A model generated the notes under the pieces. That model made no database searches, was not told where the DNA came from, and saw only the letters and a list, made by a program, of their open reading frames with translations. From Paraspadella gotoi (taxonomy: Eukaryota; Animalia; Chaetognatha): a DNA stretch of 64,000 nt. A program made the position numbers and the translations under genes. Location: assembly GCA_051294375.1 (NCBI GenBank), contig CM119264.1, positions 10,000,175 through 10,064,174 of the forward strand. Direction: 5' to 3'. This document shows, piece after piece, positions 37,541 to 52,073 of this stretch. Position 1 is the first letter of the stretch. Each line of letters opens with the position of its first letter.

Positions 37541-38697
37541 GACTGCGCGGTACACTCACCGGGACTTCCGGCGCGACATGGCCAACTGCACGGACGCGGA
37601 GAAGCCGAAAGCGATGCCGGCCACCTGCGTGGCAGGGCCTCTACACCCGCATTGCGACCGTGCCCGGGCGGCATCTTTTCGGGAAGGCTGGTTTAGTGTT
37701 ATGGGGTGGAGGCTGGGACTATAAGTTGTAATATTAGAGCGCAGATTTAGTGTTAACACGTTGTTATGAGGAAAGATATGAAGGAGAGCTTGAGTCGTGG
37801 GAATAAGCGCGGGTTAAACTTAAACAGTTTTTGATTCTTTAATTTTTTTTTTTCGTGAGGAAAAACTGAGAGCGGTGTGCTTAGTTTCGATTTCCAAAGT
37901 TTTCCCCCGGCCTGACTAGATTTAATGAGGTTTGGGACTATCGGTCCTCGGCGCGGGGAGGTTGTCGACTAGAGGGACCGACGTTATGGGTTTTTTCGGG
38001 GGGGGGGGAGGCGAGCTCGCTACGGCTGCGACTTTGGAAAAAAATAATCCTCAGTCTGACGTTTATCTTTTTCCATCGTTGCAGGCGCCAGCACCGCAGC
38101 CAGCGCCGCGCGGTCTCGCTCCCGCCCGTCCAAGTTTAAAAGAAACTTAAACCCCTACCAACAACAACAAAAAAAAAAAGAACAGAAGAATAGAAAAAAG
38201 GATAATAGATATTTGATAGTTTAATTGTTTTTAAATCATTTCGTCTCGCCGTCATCATTTCTTTTCAGTCGACGAGCCAATTGTTGTGAAATTCAATAAA
38301 TGAAAAATAAATTAAAACAAAAGGTGTCTATTCATATCGATCAAAATAAAATGAGGAGAATGCTGAGAAAGGATGATTGTGAAAAAGAAGATGGGCGAAA
38401 AGGTTCAAAACAAAATAAAAAGGGAAATAGGAAAAGGTCAGATTCTCATCTTTCACTTTGAGGCGCCCTCTTTTTTCTTGCCCTTGACTCCCGACGCGCT
38501 TCTTTCTCACACTGCACAACCCCGGTTTCTTTCAGAATACAACACCGAGAGTCAGCTGTCACCATCTTGCCCCTGATGGGACCCGGAGAGGAGAAGCCGG
38601 GACCAGACCTTCTTCCACGTGAAGACGAGAAAAGGACGATTTACCCACCGTTGCCCAAGAGGCTGCCCGACCACATCTGCGCCCGATGCGACCAGTG
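37541..38697 (+). pseudogene. Third (inverted), frameshifted copy of the Cys/Pro-rich gene exons
   Basis: Reverse-complement duplicate of 26280-27439 with indels. Confidence 0.5.
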
Positions 38698-39895
38698 ATG
38701 TACGCCTGCCCGACGGAATGTGCCGCGTCAATCCGACCACGCCTTTTGCCAGATGCGGTGAAGATGAAGTGAGGAAATATCTAAGAGTTGGATGACATTT
38801 TTTTTCCCGCGGAGTCTTGAAATTTTTCTTAGGTTTTTTTAATAATTAAGTTGAATTGATATATTTTTTCATTAATTCAATTAGTTTTTATTTTTATTTT
38901 TATGCTAAAAAAAATTTAAAAAATAAATAAAACTCGAATAGAGGATCTTCTCATGAATTTATCATTCTTATCTATAGATAATCTATAATTATTTATACCC
39001 GAATTTCATAGGACTGCATTATTACCTTTGTCTGGCTCCTTTCAAATTTTTTCGATTTTGTCGTGCATGAGCTTATTTTTTTTTGTACATTCAAGAGTGT
39101 AACAATTCTCTCCAAAAATCTATAGGCTTCCAAACATTCCAAACTTGGTTGCTTCGTTCCACAATATCGTTTTTCCTCGCGGCTCAGTCCGAGTCCTCAC
39201 TCAATCTTTGTACTACCTTTTTTTTTTACCTGACCCCATTTTCACGAACAACTCTAACCAATCTGCAACGTTTTATCCCACGAACGGAAAAATCTCTTAA
39301 GAACTCTTATTCATCTCTTACTCTAAGAAAGAGAAAAAGAGGCAGTAAAATTCATCGCCATTACCCTGATATCCTTCTTACCATTCTACCTCACCTCTCA
39401 CCCATCAATTTCAAAAGGTAAGCTCCGCCCCCCTCCGTCCTCCGTCACGGTCGCTTGTATTATTCTCAGCGAAAAATAATCATCCCGCAGACGGGCGACG
39501 GCCTTGGTCGGAGCCCGGCCCTTTGTCGTGGGGAATGGGATAGTGAAAAGATGAGATGGGATAGTGAAAAGGGGTGGATAGTAAGTTTACTCTGGGTCGG
39601 TGTGGTAAAGCTGAAGAGCGGTTAAGGGATGAGTTTTCGACAGTGGCTTGAGTAATTCGTCGGAAATTAACGAAATGAGAGGAGTGGCAGAGTGAAGAGA
39701 TGAACACCCTGGGCAGATGATAAATGAAATAAATAAAAAGGAAGCAGGAGCTGGGTAAGTGCGAGAGTGTTAACGCTTCAAGGGTGAATTGAGACTTTAG
39801 AAAGTGTATAACGATGCGAAAGTCCGAAGCGCGAAAAATGACTGTGTTATAGTTTGAAAGAGAAAAATGAGGTTTTGATTCGACGGACTATCGAC

Positions 39896-39948
<53 letters not shown>

Positions 39949-41841
39949 CTCTAGTCCCTTTTGTCTTTTCCTTTAATCGTTTCAATTCTCTTTTTTCCCC
40001 TTTTAGTTTCTCTTTCTCCCTCCCTCATTCCCTCTTCTTTTCTTTGCATCTCTTTCTCTCATTCAATGAGATCATTTCCCTCCCGCTTGGCGGCCTTACG
40101 TAAAAACTAGAAAAACACGCCCGCTACGTCGACGGCGCAGCACCATTGCGCGCAAGTCGGCCACCGCGCAGCACAACAGCGAAGCCCACCGCGCAGCGTC
40201 GGCGCGCTTATTGGCGCAGGCCCAAACGCTTCATGCCCTTCATCCTTTTCATTACTCTGCCTCGTAACGGAGTTGCTCGAAGGTTGTTTCGAATCCTGGG
40301 GGTTTTAGCGGCCGCGTCTTTCGAAGCGACGTCTCCTTTCTTCGTTCATCCTTCGAATGAGTTCATTTTGCAGTCGGTTTACAATTTAATAAAAGAAACT
40401 TAACAATAACAGTGAAATATCTGAGTAAATGGTATTCTGCTAATTCGTTTATCGTTTGCTGCAGATGCTTTAATGTCTTTCGTGATCGTTTATTTGTCAT
40501 TTCATCGCTTTATCTTTTGTTGATAAGGTTTGAACTATTGGAGCCGGTCGTTCTTTGTCATCAAATCTTCGTTATAAAATTAAACCTGAAAAAGTTGTTA
40601 CCTTAAAAATTCTTTTTTTCATTCGACTAATTTATTTTTTATCATTAAAGTCCATCGTCTCTAAACGCCATGCCATCTTTATCGTTCCCTGTCCTCGTCG
40701 TCTAGGCTGTCGTCGTCTCTCCTCGGCTCCATTTCAATCCTTGTCCGGTTTTTCCGTTTTAAGTATTAAACTTTAAAGTTTACTCTTGATTGAACGCTTC
40801 TATATTCTAACTTATTGGGGCGGTTCAACCACGCTCCTGTTCGTAAGTCTTTCTCGAATTTAATATGATATGATATGAAAAAAATCATCTTTTGAGTTTA
40901 ATTAAATATTTGATGTTTCAGGTTTAAGCTTTTTGTTCAGAGATGATCTTTAAAATGTTAATATGCTTGAATTTAAATAAAAATAATCTTGTTGAAAAAA
41001 ATTATTTCAAAGAGCGCTGTAAAGCAGAAAAGCAGCTAAATAGAATTAAAATTAGTGGCCACTGGCCAGTGAAAGTTGAATCGAGTGTTGGAAAGAGGCT
41101 CGCGTCGAGCCTCTCCCAGCTGTTCACAAGTTTTGACCATGCCCGAAGTCGTGAGTTTTATTCGGTGACTCACAGTAACCGAGGTGCTGTGCCTAATATG
41201 TTACGTAGCCTCCACTAAAGTACTCCCACGATTATTGAAGACGCAAGAAAAAGCCGCTGTCACTCCGACTTAGAGAGAGAGAGATACGATACAAGAAAAA
41301 AAGAGAGAAGAGAGAGAGAAGAGGAGATGTGTGTGAATGAAAGGCTCCCGTCGAGGCTGTGCTGCCGTTTTCCTTTTATCGAGTCGAAATCGAAAATAAC
41401 AACTCTGTGCATTTTTTTTCATCAGAGTGAATTTTCAGTAAATCTTAATTGAGTAAATCGCCTTCGTATTTTCAGTTAAACTCTTTAACAGGAAATGCCA
41501 TTTGAAGGGACTAAAAAAAAAACCCGATTTGTCTGAAATGTAATACCGCACCTTCACTAACTAATAACTATATGGATTACAATAAACATTAAAAACATTC
41601 GTCGAGATTGATTTGGATCACGTGCAAAAAAAAAGAGGCTAAATTCAAGTATGTATGAAAACTATTTAGTTAACGAAGGCGAGAAAACGTTAAACCCATC
41701 GGAAATAACTAAATTAATAATTTTTCGCCTCCTAACTTATTTTAAATTTAAATCAGCAACTCTTGATTTGTAAATCACGTTTCATCGCGTCAAGTATTTT
41801 TTGAATCGAATTTTTCGTTCTGAAATTGAATTTCCGCAGCC

Positions 41842-44685
41842 ATGACGCCCCGCGCACCTCCCGTCGCTTCTCTGCCTTTTGTTTTCCTTCTGCGTCGTCG
41901 TTCGTCGAGAAGCGTCCGGAGAACCCGCCGCCGCAGCCGCAGCGCCGCGGGACGACTTTGCTTCGAAAGTGATCAATGCGGCGGAAAAGTGAAAAAGAAA
42001 CAAGCCGCCTGGACAGAGCATCTCCGACTCTTTCGATGGTGAGGCTCTCTAGTTTTGATTTATCTTCACTGCTTTAACCATGACGCTTTTACGTTTACAA
42101 AGCTCGATAAAAAAGATAACCTCTTTATATCATGGCACTGTCATGACTCATGAGTCATGACATTTCATGACGCATTGCCTTAAGTCCCGAATTCGCCTAA
42201 CCTCACTCACTGCATAACTCCCAAACTCCCCTCATCCAGACGCAACAACGATAACTCTCCGTCGACGGCGAGGCGGGCTTACTCCTCCAGACCTCCTCTT
42301 CCTCCAGGAAGTCCGACTTCCGTCCATCAACTTCGTTCCGGGGAGGCGCGAGGGACCTCAGGGTCGTCGCCGCCCTCGGCGACTCCCTCTCCACAAGGCT
42401 TCGGCGGCGCTGGCGACCCGGCCGGAGGTAGACGGCAAAGAGTGGCTGGGGCAGGTTTAATTAAAAGGGGGGGGCGGGAAACGGAGGTGGGAAAGATAAA
42501 GCACACGGTACACGAATGCGAAAACGAAACTGGCGAAATGGGAAATGATTGAAACGATTACATGTGAAAGAAGGGAAAAATGAAACTCTTTTATAAAAAT
42601 TGATATTTACGCAATGGATTTTATTAAATGAGAGGTTTTTATTGAAAAAAACTCAAGTCATGAACACGCTTAAAACTCCGTCTCGGCTCAAATAATGAAA
42701 ACAGCAGACCTCTCTCGTCCTTGTCAGAGGCCTGAGACGTTTTTCGTAATGCTCTCGTCATCTCGGGCTTTAACGTCAGCCTTCTTGACGACATTGCGTT
42801 GGCGTCGTGGCGCCAAAGCATCCTTAAGACGTCATTGCCTCGTGAACGCTTCCATCGCGAACACGATAGCCTATTTAGAATTTACATAATTGATGATCTT
42901 CCGTTTCTTCATCACTCTCTTCTCTTCCCGTTCCGGCTGGGAGCACAAGTCTATAATTCAAGATATAAATCTCATTCGTCCTCACGTTGATATTGAATAT
43001 TGTTTTATTTTAGTTTTATCTCTTTTTTAACTCTTCGTCACACTCTGGCCTTCTTTCCTAACCCGTCTGTTATCTAAGCCAAACCAAGTCCATTACCCTG
43101 CTTATCAACCCCTTACATATCTTAAGGTCTTGGAGTGTTGGCGGCGCAGTTCAATCACGAGGTTGAAACTTTAGACCCCAATTTCCTCCGAATGTACAAC
43201 CCGAACGTCGTTGGTTACGCGAGTCAGGGTAGCGGCGAGGATTTCGAAGGTGGCCAGCGCTGGGCAGCGTCGGCGGCGGACATATGCCGCGGCAGCGGCG
43301 GAGCTGGTGGAGCGGATCGAACGACCGGTGCGTTACACTGCGAGAAAAAAAAAGAAATACAAACGGTGCATTGAATGTTATTCAGGCAATAAAAAATACT
43401 AAACAAGTAGTAACCCTAATCTCTTCTCATTTAATTCTTCAGCGAGTCAATTTCGTGGAAGATTGGAAACTCGTAACTCTCTTCGTCGGGGGCGCGGATC
43501 TACTGCACACTACGACAGCGACAAAACTCCCAAGAGCACTCTTCAAGTCTCTCAGGCGTCGTTGGACACAGCTGAGGACACCATGCGACGAGCGTCTTCG
43601 TCAACCTTGTGGACGCCCAGGCGACGATCCCGAATGTCAACGAGGCGCCATGGCAAAGCCGGCGCCCGTCTGTCGGATACTTTCTTTGAACGAACGAGTG
43701 TGCTTACTTTGCTTCAGGGAAGATGGAGAAACTGCGCAAGGGAATGGCTAAGGGGGGAGTACGGGAAGGGTAAAGAAAGAGAAGAGAGAGAGAGAGAGGA
43801 AAGGAAGAAGAGAGAGAGAAGAAAGGAAAGAAGAATAGAAGAAGAGAGAGAAAAGAGAAAAAGGGGAGCAAGGAGAAAGATAGATTTACTTCTCTCCTTC
43901 CGCCGCAGATGCTGGATCAACCTGGCGGGTGAGTTCGAAGCCTTCGAAACTTCACCGGTCGTCCGATTCAACCCGTCTTCGCCAACAGCCCCGCCCAGGT
44001 GACGAAAGAACGGCGATTTTAAGGGAAGCGCCCGACCTGAGTTTCTTTGCGCTCGATGCTTTCATCTCCTTCAGCCGAAAGTGAGGATGAGATGAAATTA
44101 AAAATAAATGAAACTAAATGAATGAAAAGAAATGAATTGAAATGAATGAAAATGAAAAAAATAAATTAAAAACCAAACCGGAAATGATATTAGATTCGAA
44201 GTGACAATTGGTGGGACAACAATATTGGAGGGAGAGAAAAACCGAGAAGGCACTGCTGCGGTTTAAAAATAAATTTAATTCGGTGAAAAAATCTTTTAAA
44301 AAAAAATTGGTGAAGCAGTAATGAGGATTTTTGTGAATAGAAGTAATCACGAGAAAGAAAGACAGGCAGTGACAGCTTTCAATTTAAGCAATTTCCTTTC
44401 AATCCTCCTCCCTTACCTCACTCACCCAGGCCACTGCTGCGGCTGCGACCTCGTTGTGGAACAATCTTTTCCTCGGCGCCGCACGAAAAAGGCGTCTTCC
44501 ACTGGACGGAGGAGGCGTTGGTAGTGCCCCACCCCAACGATCCTATACCTGAAACGACGGCGAAGATTCGAAAAAGACAAAGACAACAGAGGCGACGAGA
44601 TGGCTCGAGGGCCCAGGATCTCAAACGATTTTCGACGCTTACCCCGCCAAGCATCCGGCAGCGCCGTCCCCGTCACCTGGGGGTA
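41842..44685 (+). pseudogene. Inverted, indel-rich partial copy of the PLB1-like gene (exons 1-6); probably an assembly duplicate
   Basis: Same motifs ([41 protein letters not shown]) with many frameshifts; TM and last exons absent. Confidence 0.75.
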
Positions 44686-46978
44686 AGTTTAGCTCGTCGA
44701 CACCTCGATTAGGATGTGGGGCTATTTTTATCCCTGAACGAATTTAGTGAAAACGAAAGTTTATATTGGGCAATAATAAGATGTACATTTTTGACAATTC
44801 TTCATTTGTGTTTGTGCCTTCGAGGTTAATATTTCTAATTTTCGTTGGGCTGACTTTTGGTTCTTCGAGATTAGCGATAACAGAATTTGGAACGCGTTTT
44901 GGTAAATTTATTCTTTCACAATTAAAAATGGGCGACGCGAAATTAACGAGTTTCAAAAAAGATAAAAGGTAGTGTGGTTAAAAACGAGCTTAAAATATAA
45001 CCACCAATATATGGTAAAAACGTGTTACGTCCGGGCTCTCGAAGCAACTCAATTTTGCCTCCGCGACGTTCTAAAAGTAAAAAATAAATCATGGATTCGT
45101 CTTCACATTCGTATTTTTCTATTCGCGTAAATGGGCGAGGCATCGACGCTGTGATAAATCACGCTCGGGTCCGTACGGCCAGGTCGTGAAAACTTAATAT
45201 GCATNNNNNNNNNNNNNNNNNNNNNNNNNAATCAGTGGACGGGCCGGTCGTCGCTCCTCATCTTAGGCGCAAAGAGAATGAAGATTGATAACCGGATTCT
45301 CACGCCTTTCGAATTTGCCCTCAGTCCACCAGCTCCGTCGCCGATGCCAACGCCAATGCGGATGCCGAAGCCACCTCCGACGCATCTCACTTCACTGCGA
45401 TACGCCGCTGCAACCAAGTGCGACGTCAAGGGTCTCATAAAGACATCAATCTTCTCCAGCGAGAATCGCGACTGTATCGTCGATTCCGCCCCGCGAGTGC
45501 CTCTCTTGTCATTCGCAACCCAAAAGGGCGCTGCAGGACGCGGTCGGGCGGCGCGATTTTAGGCGTTAAAGCGTGGATCAAAGAGGCGCCGTCCGGCAAA
45601 CACCCATTCGAACTTTAGAAGGAGCTAACGAAGCGATGGGTTTACTTTTAATTTTACAATTATGTTATTTGACAATTTCTCCTCTCTTACCCCCAAAACG
45701 TCCGCCCGGGTGATTCGGAAATTCGCCTCATGATTTTTCCATTTCTGTCTCGCAAGAAAACCGGGAATTATCCAGCGTTATTTTTACCCCAGGCACGCGC
45801 GCAGTTATTCCGTGATCCCGGCTTTATTTTCGAATCCGTTTCCTACCGTAATAAATCGACGGGGAGTTTTTCCCTTCGATTGGCCACTTATGGCGGCTCG
45901 CGCCCCCGCGACCTCTACCGATCGCTCGAGCGGAAAGGAGAAGAGGAAAACAAAAAGGCCGGACGAAAGGTTAGTCCATTCGTTTTTGCTTTTGTTTTCT
46001 TTGGCCAATAATTCTTTCTCGACTTTTCTCTTTTCGGTTACGAGCATTTTTCGAAGTGCAATCTGAGGTTTCGTCTCTGTTATCTTTAACTTAGTTATTT
46101 CTTTTTTTTGTCCCAGTTTTTTAATGTTTCTCTTCAATGTTTTTTCGTTATCTTTTTTCAGTTTTTCTGATACCGCACTTCATTTTAATCATTATAAAAT
46201 CTTCGTTTAACCCAAACTCTACATACCTTAAATTGATATAAATAAAATCATTCGAACAAAACGTAATGCCAAAGATACAAGGGTGCTAAATTGAATGCTT
46301 TCCTTACAAACTCTTTCAAAAAGCAGTAATCTATTCAAATCATAATAACTCAAAAAGTCCAAAATCGTGCACACTCAAATACCAAGTTCATGGAAAAAAA
46401 GGCACACTCTCAGAAAAAAAAACTGAAACGCGCAAACGAATTCCGCGCGCGCGAAAAACCGCGCACGTAATTTCATCACGAATGGGATCACGAAGAAAAC
46501 CAAGATCTCCTTGCCACCATCTACCAACCCCTCAACTTACCTCCCAACTTATCCCCCTTACCCCCCACCGGCAGCCCTCGCAACGAAAAAGACGATTCCA
46601 TTTCTTGCGCAAATAAAAAGGAGAAAAATTGAAAAAATGAAAATTATTTTTTCTTCAAATTTCCGGAGCCGCGCGAAAAGCCAAATGCGAAATTTCACTT
46701 TCGTATAACAACGTGTTACCTGGTTAGCGCTAAAGAGACCGAGTTGAAAAATCTAAATTTAAAGAAAATTGAATGATAAGCAATTTAGCAATGAACTGGC
46801 GCTCGCCGAAAGAGTTGGCATAAAAAAAGAGAGAGATTTTGTGACGTAAAGAAATTTTTTCATGTCTATGAAATGTTTTACAAACTTTTTTCCACGTTTC
46901 ATCTTTTTCCTATCAATTTATTTCATTCTCAACCATCTTTTCCCCTATCTTTCCCCCGACCGTCTCGATCAAAGTTTT

Positions 46979-47058
<80 letters not shown>

Positions 47059-47219
47059 ATCTCTCTCTTTCTCCCTTTTCCCTCCAGGACGTGCGCTGAT
47101 TGCGCCACAGGTGACTATGGCGTCCCTGTTATTCGTGTTCCGTTCGTCTCCAACGATCGACCAACGAGAATAAATCGAGGGTCACGTGGACCTCCTCTCT
47201 CTCTTCTCCCTCTCCTCTC

Positions 47220-47257
<38 letters not shown>

Positions 47258-47828
47258 TCCTCTCTCTTCTCTCTCTCTCTCTCTACTTTTCCTTTTGTCA
47301 TTTGTCCAACGACCATCCCCGAGCGTCTCCCCCCCAAACATTCGCACCAAGGGGGCAACGCTATCCACCCTATCCAAGTGCTCAGATTGTACCACTTTGG
47401 AGACACTCCTCGTCTGCGTCAAATATGACGGTGAATAGTGAATTCTTTCTAGGAGATAAACCTACTTTTTTAGGAACGACACCCTAAGAGGATGTCACCC
47501 TTGTCTTTGAGGGGGGAGAAGAGCGGGCGCGCCCAGCGAGAGGCGCAAATGTCAGCCTTCGCTCGAATCCAAATTCTTACGCGAACTTCGATCTTTGTCC
47601 CTCGAGGGAAAATTATGGGAGAGAGAGGGAGAAAGAGCTCCCAATTCCTTTTGGTTCCGTTCCATTTTCTTTTATTTTCTTTATCTCTTCTTTTTCGTCA
47701 CAACTCCCTTTTATTTCAACTTCTTTCTATGTCTTCCTATTTAAATTCACGACATTTTTTGTCACCAATTTCTATCATCCATTTTTACTAAGTGGCAAAT
47801 ATTTTTTTCCTTAAAGAAGATCCTGTCA

Positions 47829-47952
47829 TGTCCATTTCCTCCCTTCCTCCATGCCATCCTGTCCATTTCCTCCAATCATCCATGCCATCCTGTCCATTTC
47901 CTCCCATCCTCCATGCCATCCTGTCCATTTCCTCCCATCCACCATGCCATCC
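47829..47952. repeat. 31-bp minisatellite, ~4 copies
   Basis: catgccatcctgtccatttcctcccatcctc recurs at 47850, 47881, 47912 and 47943. Confidence 0.9.
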
Positions 47953-48537
47953 CGTTCCCCACATTAACTCTTTCTCTTATTTCGCCTCCATTTTTCCTCC
48001 TATTTTCTCTTTTTTTTTCCCCATTTCCTCTCTTCCCCGCGATTCTCCGCCCTTTCGATCCCAATCACTTTACCCCGATTTTCTCTTCTCCCATCTTTTC
48101 AATCTCCATTCGGTGACACTTCACCCCGCTTTCATTTATCAGGTGCTCCATGAGCATTGAGCAATGCCCACCATCCACAATTTACAATCGTCGACGTTAA
48201 CGTATGAAATGTGAGCGCAGAATCAAAGACGGTTTTCTTCGACCAAATTCGACCATTCTTTAGGTTCGAATATTTTATTTTGTTGTTATTAAATTTTTAA
48301 TAGAACAGTCTCTCAAAAGTTCCCGTCTTCTTTATGTTTTCATTTTCTTTCTGTTTTCATGTAAAATTCTAACACCAACTTTTGAAAAGTTAGAGTCTAA
48401 TGGAATGCTCTTTGACTGATTTTCAGCTTGAGTCTTTCGGTTTGTGTGTCGCCTTTCCAACTTGATTTTTTTTTTTCGCTCCCTTTCTCCCCACACCCAC
48501 CCTCCACCTTCCCACTTTTACTCGCTGCCCCGTTTAC

Positions 48538-51500
48538 CTCCCCAGAGCGCGGTTGGCAGGGTTCCATGATTTTGGCGAAGGAGCGCGACTGGCGACCTCC
48601 GGTAGTGGAGACGCAGTCTGCCTCGTAGGCGCTGGGGGGAATCTGGTTCACGCGTTCGAGACATTCTCGGTGAAGCACATCGCGACTGGATTAGAGGGTT
48701 AATAAGAAGAATAAAAAAAAAGTTACTTTTATCGTTCAAACTGATTTACCGATATTTTCCACTCAGTATGGGAGTTAAGAGTTCATTGTGCATCAAGTAA
48801 AAAAAAAAGGTTTGAGATCGGGCCTGGATCAAACGATTTTTTTCGTTCAATAGAATAAAAAAAATTTAATGAAAAATGAGAGTCTCTATTAGAGACGACT
48901 CATTCGTTCTAACAGCGCTAATCGTCAGTAGTTCGTCAACAGCCAGGCGTCGAGAATGTTAGTCGCGATTTCGGACTTGGGCCTCTAGGGTCGTTTTTCA
49001 TCTGACAGTCGTTTAGTATATGAAGCTTTTAGATCCACCGTCAGTAGTTTTGTTGGTTTTTTCACGTGACAAGATAACAATTTTTACGAAGGTTTTTTAA
49101 AGGTCAAGAAACAAAGGAACGTGTCTGTGTGTTAAGTATAAATGACGATTGAAAGAGAAGAAACGCAAAAGAAAAAAAATGGTAAAGAAACAGAAGTGAA
49201 CTCAGTAGAGAATATTGCCGAATATTGCGCCTTTACAAACATAGCATTATATATATTCCCATTTAACTAAAAAAACATTAACTTACGGAGGAGGAATAAA
49301 TCGATCCAGATAATGACCCTGGTACGTCGACGTGTAGTCCGTCCTGTACGGATTCGCGTCGTTTTTTTGTTCTTCCCATTCAGCCTGAGTGAGAGAGTGA
49401 ATATAAAAATGCTTAATTAAATACTTATTTTCACTATGGAGTAACAGTGTATAAGAAACAAAAAAAATTTTGATTTTTTGCCATATATTTGATGATGATT
49501 TAGAAATATATGCCAAAAAATTTAAAAAAAATGTTGTTTTTTATGAGTTGTTACTCCATATTGAAAATAAGTATTTGATTAAGCATTCTACTAGCGCATG
49601 TCATGATGTTAAAGAATATAAAAATGAATTAATGCAAGCTCCTAAGCTAGCGCCGCCTAAACGTCGACCTGCTTGGACTGAACGACGCCCCAGTTGGTGG
49701 GCGGCTTCCTTATCGGCGGGTAGAACTTGTTCGGAATGAAAGCCTTTTGTTTGGCGTTGTAGTCGCGACGCAGAGGCCACTTTCGCTCGCAGATGAGGCG
49801 CTGGTTGTGATACTCGTCGTAGTCCGAGACCAAGTCGAGTTCTAAGCGAGGAGGAAGGGCGGAGGCGGTAGGGAGGTGTTGTAACGAAAGGGGCGACGAA
49901 GAATGATGGATTCATTATCGTGTCATTTGAATTCCGTGTGGAATTGAGAATTAACAATCAGACTTATGAATGAGAAGAGCTAGGCTAGTTCCGTTTCCGT
50001 CACTAAAAAAATTATCTGGGAAAAAAAAACTAACTTGGGCAAAAATAAAATCTTTCAAGAATAAAAAAAAATGGTTAAAAATATACCAATTTTTCACGCC
50101 TTGAACAACAACAACGACGACAACATTTAGTTCCACCTCCCGATTCGTTTCGTCATAAACAGTTTCTCGCCGCCAAAAAAAAAACCTCCGCCGTGTCGGA
50201 AAAGGGGCTTAATCGAGCGTCGTCAACGACCCCATCAACAGGTTTTAGAAAACGAAATAAAACACATCAGCGAACAACATAAAAACATCAAATTTAAAAA
50301 GAAAAAAAAATTAAGGGAATTCGAAAGCCCCTTTCAAAAAAAAAAACGGAAAAAAAAAACCCTGGGCTAAAATCCGAAACGGCGAAAGGCATCAAAAAGT
50401 TATCAAAACGCCATCACGAGTTTTCGCGAAAATAATTCCGCCTCACCATTTACTCTCCCGGCCGGGCTTACGGCGAAAGGCGAGAGAGGGAAGCCGACAG
50501 CCGACAGCCGCCGGTGGCTCAGTCATTGAAAAATTGAAATAAAATGTCGGGTCGCGCTTCGGGGTGGCTTCAACTCCCCCTTTTCTTTCAGGGGGAGAGG
50601 GCTGGCGGAGTTTCATCGGCGGCCCCGTAAAGGTGCGTCCGTAAAGGTTGAGTGAACAAAAAAAAAGGAAGTGGGCCCTAAAGAGAAACTAACAAAAAAA
50701 GAAAAGGAAATAAGAGAGAGAGAGAGAAAGAGAGAGAAAAAAAGAGGAGAGATGGAGGACGATTCGGGCGAAAGCGGAAATGAATAAAATTTATTTTCGT
50801 ACGTGCCGCCTTTTAGATCTCAGGGCGGGGGAAAAGAAAGGATAAGAGTGAGGAAGAGGGCACCGACAGAGGGAGAGAGAGAGACGACGGTGAAGTTTAA
50901 GAGAGGCAGCGGCTGCTGCTGCGGTTGCGTCCGTTACGATTATGGTTCACCTCCTGAAGGGAGCGAGGCTCTTTGAACAAACTTTGAAGTGGAAGGAAAA
51001 GTTTGGAAAGTGGAAATCGGGGAGAAGACGACGACGAGGAAGGAAATCACGAAAAATGGTGATTATTTTTCGTGAGAAGGGAGAGAAACGGGGTTGTGCG
51101 AGGGAGAACGTTCGGAGGATGGGCAAAAAGGGTGTGCCAAGTAGACTGCTACGAATGAGAGTGGAAAAGAGAGGGAAAAAGAGAGTATAAGAGAGGGGTG
51201 TTCAAAGGAAAGGGACGGAAGAGGAATTTTCGTCGAGTTAATTGAGAGCAAAAGGGTCAAAACAAAGCAAGGACGCATAAATGGGAAAAGTTGGGGACGA
51301 ATTTTTTTCCCATTTTTTTCCCCGTTTTTTTTTTTTCGTAGCGCGATGCTGGCGTCGGGGATCACCACGAAAACCCAGTGGCTTAGTTAGGTAATATATT
51401 TTTTCAACAAATGACATCGGTGAATAAGCATTTAGTAAATATAGAGAGAACTATACTGTACTATACTGAACTAATAATTCAATTATTTGTTCAACTATAT

Positions 51501-52023
51501 GTATATATCCATATCCAGATGCCTTTTTGTTACTAATAATCTAAAAATCTTAATTGATCGACACCCGGTATCGCTTCTCTCTACTTCCCGTCCCCTTAAC
51601 CCGCGTCTCTCCCTCCTCGGGGTCAATGACGACCAAGTTATCGATTTCAGATGACGCTTCCTCAGATAAGAGGGCCGGCCGCAACTGGGGGGGGGGATCG
51701 CGGTTCCCAGATCAGACCGGAAGTCGACCGAAGGCTCAGGTGAATCCTACCGAACGTCCGCGTGTTGGGCCAGGATTATTGAGGTGAGGCAAGTGAGACT
51801 TTGCGAGGGACTTATGGAGCAAGGTGACGATGACCTTTATCAACTTAACCACCTTGGCTAAAGTTTTTAAGTGCAAGAGTTGATTCTTAACTTCATAGAG
51901 TAAGAAAAGGTAAACTAAAAATAATTGACTGGCTGAAGACGACAAAAAGTAACGGGAAGATGAGAATCTTACAGCCACGAACAAGCGAAAAAATAGAGAG
52001 ACAAGAAAAAGACAAAGAAACGA

Positions 52024-52073
<50 letters not shown>

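Larger units (their letters stand above)
35395..44810. repeat. ~9.4 kb inverted duplication (fold-back centred on the 35280-35394 spacer)
   Basis: From 35395 the sequence is the reverse complement of 35279 running back through one unit A and on into the PLB1 gene to ~20290. 25-N gaps at 34526-34550 and 45205-45229 bracket the segment. Confidence 0.95.

Noticed and set aside
51651-51739. + strand mini-exon reading DKRAGRNWGG, resembling a Wamide neuropeptide precursor nested in an intron
   Set aside because: Single copy, no basic cleavage site after the Gly, no signal-peptide exon found, and it crosses an unreliable G homopolymer.
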